Of a stretch of DNA of 64,000 nucleotides, positions 10,119 through 20,283 are shown in pieces; position 1 is the first letter of the stretch, and every line of letters starts with the position of its first letter. A model generated the notes under the pieces. It was not told the DNA's origin. It saw only the letters and a list, made by a program, of their open reading frames with translations, and ran no database searches. Both the position numbers and the translations under genes were made by a program. Source of the stretch: Candidatus Babeliales bacterium (GTDB taxonomy: Bacteria; Babelota; Babeliae; Babelales; JANWKD01); NCBI GenBank assembly GCA_963722075.1, contig CAVRJM010000001.1, forward strand, positions 448,001 to 512,000. Reading direction: 5' to 3'.

Positions 10119-13100
10119 CTATTTCTTTTGTGCAGCGGGCGGCGCAGCATACCGATATTCCAATCGATATGGGAGGCCATTCTTATCATAACCCACGGAA
10201 AGTTGTAATAAATCAAGCAATGTTAATAATTGGGATGAATTGAGCGATTGCCCTGTTGGGAACCCTGTTTCATCGTATAAAATACCATTGCTGATATCCA
10301 CCGACCAGCCATTACTTTCTGGCGTATAATATGTTTGACCAGCATCTTGCGGTTGGCCAAGCGGATACACATAACGGTTTATGGTTCCCTTCACCTTCTT
10401 ATAAATGAACATATTACCGGTATTATCCAAGGTAACATTCCCTGCACTTTTCATTGGTACCGTTCTCAATGAGGAATTAGTAGGCACAGAAGCAGGAAAA
10501 TATACCGTTCCAGCGCTCTTCTCTGCATTTAATTGGGATACCAATGCACGACGTCCTACGCCCGTTACTGGGGTGCCAAATGGCACAAAGCTACTGACAT
10601 TAAGACCACCAAATCCACCTTCACAATAATTATTTTTCTGCAATTGAGATATGCTTCCTTGTTTTAAGAGTGCAAGATTTAAATGGAAGGTTGTCGAGTC
10701 ATCGCATACTTCAAACTCAGGGTTCAATAAATAATAATCAAATTCAAAATCATATGAAGTACCGCCATCCTGAATGGTTAACCACGTAGCCATTAACCCA
10801 ATACCATTAGATGCATTTGGTTGTATCGACTGCTTATTTATCTTCACCGTAATTTGTTGTTTGGTTACACTACCATCAGTAGTATTTGTTTTATTATAAA
10901 AAGTGGTCATAGTTCCGGGGTTGAACATACACAATTGGTTCTGATAAAGCACGCCCAAGAGCGTATGTTGTTTATCAAACACAATGCCATATGTTTTAGG
11001 ACGTGCTGGCGTTAATGGAATATTATCGATATCAGTAATATAATTATCAGTGGTATTGAATACTCCTTGTTCTACTGGTTGGCCCGTATCACGCGTTTGA
11101 GCGTATAATAAGAGCGAATAATATAAGCCTGGATCTTTATCATACTTACCCAGCAAGGTAAATTGACCAGTTGCAGAAACATTCCATACTAAATAAAAGG
11201 GATTCGTTTCTCCCGTCATAGCAGGATGTTGCACATCTATTTTGCTGCCATCTGAATTGGTAGTACACCACATAACCCGAATCTTCTGATCAGGATTAGC
11301 ATCATTAACCATTTCAAAGTAGGTTCCTTGCACCTTGTAATCCTTGGTTTCCATAGCAGCAAATTGACCAACCATCGTATAAAAGCCATACGGGCTCAGC
11401 GGTTTACCAACAGCTTGACTTGGCGCTAAGGCAACTTTTTTAACATCATCAGCATCGTAACCGATCAGTAATTTATTCCCTGTCTTATCGGTATAAACCT
11501 CCGATTCAAACCAACGTGGCGTACCATCAAGGTTATACCCATAGCCTGAAGCTAAATCGATATAGTATGATTGCACCCCTGAAGTAACTTTTACAAAGAA
11601 TGCATCTATCTGCGTATGATAATAAAAATCAAACTGCGCACCAGCCTTAATGCTTTCAAAGCCAGTGGCAGGTATCATAAATTGCCCGCTTGGATTGTCT
11701 TTCGTTTTAGTACCTTGCATTGGTAATGTTGACACCGTTACGCCAAGCATGCGTTGTTGTTGCCCTTGAGCATTAACAACAACCCCTGCAAAGTTCCGCG
11801 CTTGTAGCAATGCCCATCCCGTCAATAACCCCGTTGCCTGCCCAGTGCTATCATATACCATGCCCATTCCTGAATCGTACGTTTGAGTAATATTGAAATC
11901 GATGAAAGTAGTATCAGGACCAAAATTAGTTGCTGGGGTATTTGCTGGCGGCGTACTAAACACATACCCAGGCGTCATAACATAATATTTTAATAACGTA
12001 GATCCTAATTTATATTGCTTTAAATATCGCGGTAACAAATTAGGATTATCAACAAACGGCAATGTTTTTAATTGTGCTATCACGTCACTATTCAAGGGTG
12101 CATATATTTTCTTATCAGCAGCTTCCTGATCAGCAATTTGCTTACCATACGCTTTAATGTTAGTAACGGTTTGCTGCGCTAACGTTTTAATTTTTTTTAC
12201 CAGATCGGAGCGTAATGGCAACGGCGCCGTTTTTTGTGCGATTATACCAAGGGTTCGATTTGCAAAACCGAGCACATCGGTAATAGTATCTTTGATTTTA
12301 AACATGCCGTAGGAACCAAGATAATTACCGGTACGATCAAAGGTAGCACCGGAAATTAAACTCACAATTGAATACGTATTAGCACCTAACTGCGTACCAA
12401 ATTCATAATTGTACACCGTATTACCTTGCACATCTTTGATTGGGTTATTCGAAGAATCAAGTGCTGCAGTACGTTCCACACATACATAATAATCGTTCAC
12501 TTGTTGTATTACGGATGCCACCTCATTTCCTTTTGCATCCAACGGGCTTGGTAAATTAGTAACATCAGCATAAATAAATTGGTCAGCAAAATAATCTTGT
12601 TTATTTAAATATAAAAGGACCGTACCAAAGCCAGTTCCTGGCCCATACAAATTATTAATAATTGAAGCAGTATATGCTGCTTGCGAATCAGTAATTTTTT
12701 GTAACAAACTTGAAATGGTAATATGCGCTCGTTTTACTAAAGTATCCACATTCAATGGCGGCTGACTTACTTTACTACCCGGTAATTTATTTGCAGTCGG
12801 TTGTGCTGCCGCTGCATATACATTACCATTACTCAAACTTATGGCATATGACTGCCCACCAAACGCTTGTCCAATATTTTTACCGGTAGGATCATCCGCC
12901 ATTACTAAATATTCATCAGGGTAATTATCAGAAACATATACATAGTTTTGTTTTGCAATTGCATCATCACTGACTGCCTGCACTTGAATAGGCCCTAAGG
13001 TAGTTTGCGCAAAATCAAATGGTCCCATTTGATCGGTAATATACGAAGGATTGTTTTTATCAAGTGTTGCTATCCATTTATCATGCGTGGTGTATATGGC

Positions 13101-15923
13101 AGTTAACAATGCTGACTTTCCTAAAAATGTTTTAACGGTATTTGAACCCATTTTTAACTGATTAAGTGCCCAATACTGCCCAAATGCTGTACGTGCAGCA
13201 GCAGGTATCGGTGGTTGAATATCTTTACCAAACAATGGATTAAATGGATATTCCATAAATAATGTATAAAGCGGCGATTTACCAGTATATAAAAGTTTAT
13301 ATTTGGTTACATCATCCGGTACACTATTGGTTACAAACGGGGTTCCGGAGGTGCTGTCGTCACCAATTGTTTGGTAAATATACAGGGGGAGCAAGGTATT
13401 GGTCAACGTGCGATTTCCATAGGGCTGCAAGACAGCATTATAAGAACGACTAGTTACTAAGCTTACAAACAATACCAAATCGGCAGATGGTAATTGAAGT
13501 ATATTTTTCTTCGCATCTATACCTATAAAGTAATCATCAATTCCCTTACCTAAATAATCAGCCGCCTTATAAATAAATGTATTTGCCGCAAGCAATGTTG
13601 GATCAATAGTCAAAGTAACCGATCCGTAACTAAATGGCCCCTTTACTGCTTGCTCCGAGCAATATGTTTTAATTACATCAATTTGATTTGCAAGCATTTG
13701 ATCGCCTTGTACAAGGTCACTTATTTTTATGGCAGGAGCTTTATACGTGGTAAGGCCGCTCGTAGTATATAAATATCCCTCTTCCTGCAATAAGCTCGCC
13801 ATATATTTTATTTCAGGATTTAAAATATAGGTTGCATAATTATACGGCGGTTGCGGAATGGGAACTTGTAACGGTATTATATTATCTTGGTCATCCATAA
13901 ATACCACATAATCCACTAAGTTATCAAGAGCTGCTTTATCTTCAGGATTGTCAGGAGACAATGAGCTGCGAATGTTTTGAATAAATGGCGTATCTTTTGT
14001 TTGATAAATATGAACACCTTTGGCAACATAAGGCTCATCAGTACCAAGTTGTTCTGAAGGGGCAATGAATTTCGCTAATGGAGTGCCATTAAGGCCTCGA
14101 ATGCCCTGAACTGAATAGTTACCAAACTTAAGACCATTTTGAAGTGCCATTATAGTTTGATTTAATAAAGGCGGATAAAGATTCTCCCCTTTCCCCGCTG
14201 GTGTTGCAAATAAACTGCCAATAAACGGGTTTCCTTTATAACCAGTTGAACGATTCAGTTGATAATACTGATACACTTCCCCTTTGGCACCGCTTGCAAC
14301 TTCTCCTGATAGAGCGTCTAAGATTTCTTTTAAACTTTGAGTTTTGCCCGTGGCTTCAAGTAATGGCACCGTCATATTATCAGGATCATTCGGTTGCCCA
14401 TCACCCACAAATACATAACCGGTGTTTAAATGAATCATCACATTTGGAAAATTATTAGCATCATTAATAGCGCTGCTTGCAACAGTACCATACTCTGGAA
14501 AGGCTGCATAATAATTTGCTGTTTTTAAAAATTCATCATTTAAAGGCTGCCCTTCATAAGGAACACCCACATAGACAAATTTAGAATTGGCTGGCTGTTC
14601 ATTATTAATAAACTCATTTGGCAATTTCATTAAAATACCGCCAAATTTTTGAATCTTTTTAAGATTATTTATTTGACTTATATTATTAAAAACATCTTCA
14701 ATAGCTTGCATGCCCATAGGCCCTAAGCCAAAAAGAATGCCTCCAATAAGCTGAGAACCAAAATGAGTCCATAAAAATCCAGGAGATGCTTTGAAACCTT
14801 CAATCAGCTTTCTACCTACATTTCCCATGCGAACGCTATTATTTTCAAACCAGCCGGAATTATCTAATAACTTTTTACGAGAAGTAGTAACTGCTTCTTC
14901 AGCTTCTTTAAGCTCTCCTTGAGCATCAGTCAATTCCGTGGCATTAGAACCTTTACCATGAAGACCTTCATAATACTTTACTTTTTTTTTAGCTAAGTCA
15001 CGAGCTCCTTTTGCCTGTTCATATTCTTGATTTGCTTGTCGTTTTATCAGTTCCTGATTTGTTTTTTCAGCATCTTTAGCAGCCGCCTTATTTTCAGTAA
15101 GCTCTCCCTTGCGTTGTGCAATAGCATCATCATCACCAGCTTCTCGAGCTCGCTTTAAATTATATTCTGATTGAAGCGTTTCCTTGCGCGCACTTAATAC
15201 ATTATCTTGCGCTTCTGTCTTTAATGATTTTGCATTTTTGTTATAAACTTCTTGTGCTGCATCTAAATCACTTTTAGCTGTAGTGAGATCACCTGGGCCG
15301 CCCTTATATATTTCTTTTATATTATTTTGCTTTTGCAAAACGTCATCGTGAGAAATATCACGCGCAACAACTTTTGGCGATTCTTTATCTAAACTTATTT
15401 TAAGTGGCTCAGGAACGTCAACTACGTCATGAGGAACAACTTTAGCACCCTTAATAACCTTACTAGCATTGGGAAAATCTTCTAAAACTGCTTGTTCTTG
15501 AATACTTATACCATTATCTTTTACAATTGTTTCTAATTTATCTATAAAACCAGTATTTGCTTCCACCGCAAGTTTATTGGCTGCCTCCATATCAATTTCT
15601 AGTTTTCCTCCCTCAACTTCGTGAATTTCGCTCTTCAGTTGTTTTGCCCACGAATCAATTTCTTCAGTCATTGCGTTTAGTTCTGCTTCTGGTAAATTGG
15701 CTAATCTATCCCCTGTTAAATTACCCATTTGTTCAGAAATTTCTCCAACAAGTTCTTGTTCAGCTTCTGGTCCCAATTTACTGACAACATCTTCACCGAG
15801 TCCCTCTATAAGTGCTTTTTCAGCAACTTCTCCAACACCTTCCATAGCACAAATTTTATTATTAATTTCGGCACACAATAAAAAAATTAGAAATATAAAA
15901 AAGCTAATTCTAGTAAGCTTCAT
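10119..15923 (-). CDS. Giant (1934 aa) predicted exported protein: coiled coil, hydrophobic segment, repeated beta-rich module
   Basis: 5.8-kb ORF with GGAG RBS; signal peptide; E/K/A-rich region (about aa 200-350); GFLWTHFGSQLIGGILFGLGPMG; recurring (S/D)L.(S/T)G..(Y/F) motif. Confidence 0.85.
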   Translation of the reverse strand: MKLTRISFFIFLIFLLCAEINNKICAMEGVGEVAEKALIEGLGEDVVSKLGPEAEQELVGEISEQMGNLTGDRLANLPEAELNAMTEEIDSWAKQLKSEIHEVEGGKLEIDMEAANKLAVEANTGFIDKLETIVKDNGISIQEQAVLEDFPNASKVIKGAKVVPHDVVDVPEPLKISLDKESPKVVARDISHDDVLQKQNNIKEIYKGGPGDLTTAKSDLDAAQEVYNKNAKSLKTEAQDNVLSARKETLQSEYNLKRAREAGDDDAIAQRKGELTENKAAAKDAEKTNQELIKRQANQEYEQAKGARDLAKKKVKYYEGLHGKGSNATELTDAQGELKEAEEAVTTSRKKLLDNSGWFENNSVRMGNVGRKLIEGFKASPGFLWTHFGSQLIGGILFGLGPMGMQAIEDVFNNISQINNLKKIQKFGGILMKLPNEFINNEQPANSKFVYVGVPYEGQPLNDEFLKTANYYAAFPEYGTVASSAINDANNFPNVMIHLNTGYVFVGDGQPNDPDNMTVPLLEATGKTQSLKEILDALSGEVASGAKGEVYQYYQLNRSTGYKGNPFIGSLFATPAGKGENLYPPLLNQTIMALQNGLKFGNYSVQGIRGLNGTPLAKFIAPSEQLGTDEPYVAKGVHIYQTKDTPFIQNIRSSLSPDNPEDKAALDNLVDYVVFMDDQDNIIPLQVPIPQPPYNYATYILNPEIKYMASLLQEEGYLYTTSGLTTYKAPAIKISDLVQGDQMLANQIDVIKTYCSEQAVKGPFSYGSVTLTIDPTLLAANTFIYKAADYLGKGIDDYFIGIDAKKNILQLPSADLVLFVSLVTSRSYNAVLQPYGNRTLTNTLLPLYIYQTIGDDSTSGTPFVTNSVPDDVTKYKLLYTGKSPLYTLFMEYPFNPLFGKDIQPPIPAAARTAFGQYWALNQLKMGSNTVKTFLGKSALLTAIYTTHDKWIATLDKNNPSYITDQMGPFDFAQTTLGPIQVQAVSDDAIAKQNYVYVSDNYPDEYLVMADDPTGKNIGQAFGGQSYAISLSNGNVYAAAAQPTANKLPGSKVSQPPLNVDTLVKRAHITISSLLQKITDSQAAYTASIINNLYGPGTGFGTVLLYLNKQDYFADQFIYADVTNLPSPLDAKGNEVASVIQQVNDYYVCVERTAALDSSNNPIKDVQGNTVYNYEFGTQLGANTYSIVSLISGATFDRTGNYLGSYGMFKIKDTITDVLGFANRTLGIIAQKTAPLPLRSDLVKKIKTLAQQTVTNIKAYGKQIADQEAADKKIYAPLNSDVIAQLKTLPFVDNPNLLPRYLKQYKLGSTLLKYYVMTPGYVFSTPPANTPATNFGPDTTFIDFNITQTYDSGMGMVYDSTGQATGLLTGWALLQARNFAGVVVNAQGQQQRMLGVTVSTLPMQGTKTKDNPSGQFMIPATGFESIKAGAQFDFYYHTQIDAFFVKVTSGVQSYYIDLASGYGYNLDGTPRWFESEVYTDKTGNKLLIGYDADDVKKVALAPSQAVGKPLSPYGFYTMVGQFAAMETKDYKVQGTYFEMVNDANPDQKIRVMWCTTNSDGSKIDVQHPAMTGETNPFYLVWNVSATGQFTLLGKYDKDPGLYYSLLLYAQTRDTGQPVEQGVFNTTDNYITDIDNIPLTPARPKTYGIVFDKQHTLLGVLYQNQLCMFNPGTMTTFYNKTNTTDGSVTKQQITVKINKQSIQPNASNGIGLMATWLTIQDGGTSYDFEFDYYLLNPEFEVCDDSTTFHLNLALLKQGSISQLQKNNYCEGGFGGLNVSSFVPFGTPVTGVGRRALVSQLNAEKSAGTVYFPASVPTNSSLRTVPMKSAGNVTLDNTGNMFIYKKVKGTINRYVYPLGQPQDAGQTYYTPESNGWSVDISNGILYDETGFPTGQSLNSSQLLTLLDLLQLSVGYDKNGLPYRLEYRYAAPPAAQKK

Positions 15924-16171
15924 ACCTAAACTCCTACTAACTTCGTCTCATTTTTTAATAATTATTTTTTATAATAGAAGAGCGATTTTACAAAATTCAA
16001 TGTTTTATAAAATTCTAAGGTAAAGGAGGGTTGAATTTAGAATTAGCAAACGCTTAAATAAATATGAAAAGAGCATATTATATCTGTTCACTGAAAATAA
16101 TGATATTCATAAGTAATTAACTTATTTAATGAAGGATTATTACAGTAGCAAGTTACATTGCGGTAATATTC

Positions 16172-16984
16172 TTAATTAATTGTAATTCCAAGTTCTTGCA
16201 AATCTTCTAGTAATTGATCCGCATTTTTAAAATGAATACCAATAATACCTTCTTGCGCTGCAGCTTCTACATTTTTTAATTTATCATCAATAAAAATGAG
16301 TTTGCGATTTCTCAATTCAGGATTATTACCAATCGCTTCTTTTAATTTGGTAAAATAGGCAAGATCTGGTTTTTTTAAGATAATATAGGTATGGCTTTTT
16401 GAAGAATCTTCATAAGAATAATCAGTATTATAATCGCAGGTATAAATTAATGAATAATGCCCTACCGATGGCACCACCCCATTGCTCATTAAATCTTTAA
16501 AGGTTGATTCTTCATGACTGGTAGCAATCACAATAGGATATTTTTGCTCAAACAGGTTTAGCATCAATTCAATAGAATGTTTATACGCTTTTGCTTAATT
16601 TATATAACGCCGCAATTGTTCCATCAAAGGAATTGATGAATAAGTATCTTGCGCCACTATAGGAAATTTTTCTTCAACCTGCCGCAAATAAATATCAAAA
16701 CTTCCTTGGTCAACTTCTCTTTTAAAGTTATTTTTAAATTCAACACCTAAAGCAGGAATCGTCTTAACTAATTCTATTTTATTGGTAGCATCGACAAAAA
16801 AATTATAAATAAAACTAATATACGATTCTTCAGCTTTTCCGCGATCTAATAATACTTGATCAACATCCCACATAAGTACTGGTAATGTATCTTCATCATG
16901 AGAAATTGGATTTTCAGGGTAAATTATAGTGCCTTGTAAAGGAAAATAGAGAGCAAGAATAAGAAATAAAGATAATCGTTTCAA
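16172..16984 (-). pseudogene. Exported HAD-superfamily hydrolase interrupted by one in-frame TAA (16595-16597)
   Basis: Motif I WDVDQVL in the upstream ORF; ATS, KKPD and FIDDK..NVEAA..GI.GIHF in the downstream ORF; the two are in frame across the stop (RRYIN*AKAYKHSIELMLN). Confidence 0.8.
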
Positions 16985-17088
16985 TAGTATATAACCTCCA
17001 ACAACTAATAAGTATTTAATGTATCATATACTATGAAAATTGTCAAATTTCTATTTGAATTAAATAAGGACTATAGACAAACGCCTTC

Positions 17089-19650
17089 TTATAAAGATAC
17101 AGACTGTTCATCAATAAAATGAATAGTATCTGCAATTATAGATGTAAGATGGTGTAAATAACCACCAAGCTGCTCAGTATCCGATACTGCTAAAGAAGAT
17201 GGTAGATTCTTCTGCAACTGCTCAATTTTATCATCCATATCTTCAAATTTTACTTTCATCCCTTTTAGGTAAGCCCGCGTAGAATTTTTTAATAAACCGG
17301 GCACCAGACGAGTCAATTTCCTTATATCTTTTTTTATAGAAGAAAACAAATCAAAATAACTATTAATTTTTTCCTGTATCTCTTTATTAGTTATATTTTG
17401 TAATGAAAGGTATTCAGATAGTTCTTTTTTATTAAAACGCTCAATGGCATCAAATGTTTTTTGAATCTTAGATAATTTTGGTATATGCACAAATTCTGCT
17501 ATAAATTCACAATTTTTATTTTCACATATATCTTCTAATTCTAATAAATAGGTTATTTGATCTTCTAACGTGGTGTCCAAGAACAATTTTTTCTCTATAA
17601 GCGGCTTTAAAAATGGATTACCTAACAATATTTCAAAGGGGATTGATTTAAGATTCTTTTCAAGCACCGGTAAAAATAAATCAACATCTTGGCTGGTTTG
17701 AAATTTGGTTATGATTAACGATATAAATTCCTTAATATTTGCTGGCTTTTTTAATGATTCGATTAACAAATTCTTTATAATTAATTTATTAGTATCAAAA
17801 TGCTGTGCAAAATAAGCAAATGCTTTCTCAAATTCACTTCTTTTATTCATATTTAAATAAAACATTAATTGATTTCTCCACCCCGACATCGGTAATGAAT
17901 TTCGTAAGTTATCAAATAAAGAACTTTCGGGAATAAACGAAATACAATTATTATATAATAAATACAAAATACTATTGGTTGGCGCAGGTATTTTAGCAAT
18001 TATGTTTATTATGGTATTTTCTTTATGTTCCTGGGTATCCTGTAATTCAATAAAGGAATGATTAGCCTCGGGAGTGATATACCAATCGAATGTATAACGA
18101 TCATTGAGGATAATGGTGATATCTTCTGATTCTTCTTTACTAATTTCAATAGATTTATTATCCGATGAAAGAACTTTTTCTAATATTTCTAATTTTTGAG
18201 TTTCAGACATCTTTTCAAAAGAATCATTATGATCCAGTATCAAGTGGTGAATAACGGCTAATATATTATTGAGGGTAGGTTTTATTTCGCAAATAGACGC
18301 GTCAGCCGGAATTTTATAAGCAACACGAGCAAGTTCAGAAACAATCGCTGCAAATTGATTATGCACCTTTTTTAATTGAGCTTGAAATGGATCATTATTT
18401 TCTTGGTAAAATGTAACTAGGGACCGATTAATCATTAATTCAGGATATTTTTCAGCCATTGCTAATAAATAATTAATATTAAATATGCCAAGTGTCTCAT
18501 CAAAAAGAACTATATTGAAAAAATTTCTTATAGCTGTTTCTACACAATCAGGAAATTCATGCCCTTTAAAAACAGCATCATCTGGCTTAATAATTGGTGG
18601 AATCTTACCGATGCGGCTAAAATAACAATAAAAAATTATCTTTTCATAATCTTGAACCAATTGAATTGGTTCTTCTGTAAGCCTTCTTTTAATGTTAATA
18701 AAATCTTCTTTAGTATAGCGATCATCAGCAGTAAATAAATCGAGTGCATTTTTGTTAATAAGCGTTGGATTTCTATTATGTAGTTCTTGAGCAAAATCTT
18801 TAAAATCTTGCCGAGATTGTGCCTTTTTCCATAAAAAAGCTAAAAGGAGGTGATGCACGGTAAATGGCAAATAAAAGTAATAAGGAGCGCTACATTCATA
18901 CTGTGCCTTAACAATATTTGTTACCAGTTTAATTAAACTTTCTTTAGTTAAATCATGATTATACTGTTGCTTTAAAAATTCTTTAACATCAAGTTCTTTT
19001 TTTAATTGTGCCAATGAAGGTAACGCTGCCTTTTCTTTTTTTTTAGAAACTAATAACGTTTCTAGTGCCTTTCGTTCTTGTCCGCTCGCTTTTTTAGCAT
19101 CATTGGCTAATTGAATTACTTCTTGATTGAGTTTTACTACCGTAAGGTATTGTCTAACTACCGGCGATCGTTCGCTCATTTCCATCTCTAATTGTTTTCT
19201 TTTTTCCGCCGCTTCTTTTAATAAGCGGTTATAATGAAGATTGTGAATAATATCTGTCAGCAAACTAGTATAAAACTCTTGAATGGTGGCATACTGCCCA
19301 CGCATCTGTTTATCTAAATGAGTAATAATTACTGCTATGGTAGACGGTTTAAAATAGTAAGCAGCATTACGTGGCAATACAGTAGTCCCAAAGGTAATTC
19401 CATCATATTGTAAATGAAACATATTTTTAATTAATTGAATGGTTGTTTGCGTTTCATTCCCGTAACGATACAGGTTTTGCACCATATTATTATTCCACCA
19501 GATCAACCCATTGAGCGGAGATACATATTCTTTAGAAGGGGAAATGAGCGCATGGATCCCCTTAATATCAATAAAAGATAACTCTGCTTTCAATTGAAGA
19601 ACGCAAAAAAAAGTTACTAAATAGAACCATTTTTTAGAACAAATCATCAT
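17089..19650 (-). CDS. Large predicted exported hypothetical protein (853 aa) with FPDCVETAIRNFFN motif
   Basis: Signal peptide; coiled-coil insert; Cys motif codon at 18544-18546 and NHS at about 18060. Confidence 0.8.
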   Translation of the reverse strand: MMICSKKWFYLVTFFCVLQLKAELSFIDIKGIHALISPSKEYVSPLNGLIWWNNNMVQNLYRYGNETQTTIQLIKNMFHLQYDGITFGTTVLPRNAAYYFKPSTIAVIITHLDKQMRGQYATIQEFYTSLLTDIIHNLHYNRLLKEAAEKRKQLEMEMSERSPVVRQYLTVVKLNQEVIQLANDAKKASGQERKALETLLVSKKKEKAALPSLAQLKKELDVKEFLKQQYNHDLTKESLIKLVTNIVKAQYECSAPYYFYLPFTVHHLLLAFLWKKAQSRQDFKDFAQELHNRNPTLINKNALDLFTADDRYTKEDFINIKRRLTEEPIQLVQDYEKIIFYCYFSRIGKIPPIIKPDDAVFKGHEFPDCVETAIRNFFNIVLFDETLGIFNINYLLAMAEKYPELMINRSLVTFYQENNDPFQAQLKKVHNQFAAIVSELARVAYKIPADASICEIKPTLNNILAVIHHLILDHNDSFEKMSETQKLEILEKVLSSDNKSIEISKEESEDITIILNDRYTFDWYITPEANHSFIELQDTQEHKENTIINIIAKIPAPTNSILYLLYNNCISFIPESSLFDNLRNSLPMSGWRNQLMFYLNMNKRSEFEKAFAYFAQHFDTNKLIIKNLLIESLKKPANIKEFISLIITKFQTSQDVDLFLPVLEKNLKSIPFEILLGNPFLKPLIEKKLFLDTTLEDQITYLLELEDICENKNCEFIAEFVHIPKLSKIQKTFDAIERFNKKELSEYLSLQNITNKEIQEKINSYFDLFSSIKKDIRKLTRLVPGLLKNSTRAYLKGMKVKFEDMDDKIEQLQKNLPSSLAVSDTEQLGGYLHHLTSIIADTIHFIDEQSVSL

Positions 19651-19665
19651 TTTTCCTTCTAGAAC

Positions 19666-20262
19666 TTACCAGCAGCAGCCACCGCCGCCCCAGCCGCCAT
19701 AAAAGCCCCAACCACAAGGCCTGCAACAACCACCCCAATTATACCAACACGGGCCCCATGCCGCCCATGCTGCCCATTGTGCTTGTTGCCGTTGTTTATA
19801 TTCTTTTCTTTTTTTATGAATAATAGTATCAATATCCTGCGAAAGATACGATTCAATAAAAGCATTGATATCACATTCATGCACAAAACCATCTAATCGT
19901 GCACCAGGAACGGGGATCCCGCCAGCAAAAATCACGATAATAGGCAAGCGCGAAAAACCCAAATCGCGCGCAATAGAACAATCGGTATCACAATTAACCA
20001 TAATAAAATCAATATCTGCTTGACGAAAACTGCTATTTTGACTTACGGAATTAAACCTGCTTTTAAGTTCTTTTGCTGCTTGTTTTGAACTGATCTGGTT
20101 AGGAGCGCAGGCATTATCAGTACTATAAAATTGCACTACCGATAAATAAGATTCATTTATACGCGAAAAGAATCTGCTACGGGAATTAAGTTCTATAAAA
20201 CGAGAATATATGCATGAAAAAAAGGATAGGCATACCATCACATAAATAAGCAGTCTTTTCAT
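19666..20262 (-). CDS. Exported thioredoxin-fold protein without canonical CxxC, with a Trp/Gly/Cys-rich C-terminal tail
   Basis: Signal peptide; SVVQFY strand, FIMVNCD, LPIIVIFAGG (cis-Pro-like loop), RLDGF; tail WAAWAAWGPCWYNWGGCCRPCGWGFYGGWGGGGCCW. Confidence 0.75.
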   Translation of the reverse strand: MKRLLIYVMVCLSFFSCIYSRFIELNSRSRFFSRINESYLSVVQFYSTDNACAPNQISSKQAAKELKSRFNSVSQNSSFRQADIDFIMVNCDTDCSIARDLGFSRLPIIVIFAGGIPVPGARLDGFVHECDINAFIESYLSQDIDTIIHKKRKEYKQRQQAQWAAWAAWGPCWYNWGGCCRPCGWGFYGGWGGGGCCW

Positions 20263-20283
20263 ATAATGCCTTTATAACAATTC

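Noticed and set aside
10405..16023. Several 60-108 aa plus-strand ORFs within the giant gene, and similar antisense ORFs elsewhere in the track
   Set aside because: Antisense shadows of long, well-supported genes, with no motifs.
19659..19892. 77-aa alternative-frame ORF with a hydrophobic tail overlapping the Trx-like gene
   Set aside because: Explained as the off-frame reading of the GC-rich Trp/Gly/Cys tail; no RBS or independent support.
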